DNA from: Octopus sinensis
Taxonomy: Eukaryota
Length of the DNA stretch: 64,000 nucleotides
Direction of reading: 5' to 3'
Assembly (NCBI RefSeq): GCF_006345805.1
Contig: NW_021831849.1
Coordinates: 186,001-250,000, forward strand
Shown: piece by piece, positions 63,354 through 64,000 of the stretch
How the letters are laid out: each line of letters starts with the position of its first letter
Numbering within the stretch: the stretch's first letter is position 1
Notes under the pieces: generated by a model
The model's database searches: none
The model's input: only the letters and a program-made list of their open reading frames with translations
What the model was told of the DNA's origin: nothing
Program-made: the position numbers and the translations under genes

Positions 63354-64000
63354 CAGTGGTTCTCAACCTTTTATTTTGTATCGCCCCCTTGGAATTTTTT
63401 TCGCCCCTCCAATTTTTATATCGCCCCTTATTTCATAGTAAAAAATTTTATTTAAAAATAGAGTTTTAATGAGATCCTTGTGGTTGACAAGTTTTTCAAA
63501 ATTTGTACTTCTTTTCGAAGTGTAATTCTAATGTCGCCTCTTTCTTCTCATATTTAGTTTGTTTCTTTTTTTCCGATCATACTATTCAGAGTGGCTGAAT
63601 CTCTCTCTACGCAGTATGACGTAGGAAAACATAATATTATTGGCATCATTTTTTCCCATAATTTCGGGAATTTCATTTTTATAGATTTTTCTCCCCAGAA
63701 TTTTTTTTTTAAATAACGAAAACAACAAAAAAAAACTAGCTATTATGAACTGGCTCGCAGGATTGAAAGACAATTCCCCAGAATTGTGTCAGGTTTTCAT
63801 TTTTAAATTTTATTTTCAGTTCTTCGTCGTTTTTTAGTTCTATTAATTCTTCTTGACATTCATCATCAGAATCATAATGAATGGGCAACCAAGGATTAAT
63901 CACAATCAGAAAAGTTTAAATTATTAAATCTTCAAATTTTCAACTTTATATCTCTGCAACTTTATATGAATAAGATAATCCAGAGACATTTTGAGATATA
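63354..64000 (-). mobile_element. One end of a hAT transposon with degenerate transposase C-terminus (runs off the window)
   Basis: Terminus cagtggttctcaacctt at 63354; subterminal tcgcccc x3; minus-strand QEELIELKNDEELK...FW and FPTSYCVER...KKRNKL. Confidence 0.8.

Overview
AT-rich, gene-dense eukaryotic (metazoan) nuclear DNA. Almost every gene is broken by very small spliceosomal introns of 22-33 nt. I reconstructed more than 100 by hand, about 68 of them in one dynein gene. Two beta-tubulin introns sit at vertebrate-conserved positions. Together with intact ciliary genes, this best fits a dicyemid mesozoan (inference, not proven). Recognised genes: TOMM40, UBL4A, TASP1, a two-domain C-type lectin, a TUT1/MTPAP-family nucleotidyltransferase, DNAH3, a divergent Frizzled, beta-tubulin, an STPG/SHIPPO-repeat ciliary protein, Hakai/CBLL1, DDX49, RPA1, SMU1, an HSD17B10-like SDR that appears catalytically dead, glycogenin and an ETS1/2 factor. 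There are also several hypothetical spliced genes. Mobile DNA: an ingi/Vingi-like LINE carrying a complete 5' HDV-like ribozyme fold and a 2A StopGo peptide, two further fragments of that clade, four RLE-type retrotransposon 3' fragments, three hAT elements, two pogo/Tigger elements, and an unidentified GC-rich retroposed insert with a 14-bp TSD. Most notable: the ribozyme+2A element, a GA-AG intron and three GC-AG introns in DNAH3, a C/A-to-G/T skew that flips inside many genes, and the SDR pseudo-enzyme. All calls come from manual translation and remembered family motifs; no database searches were run.
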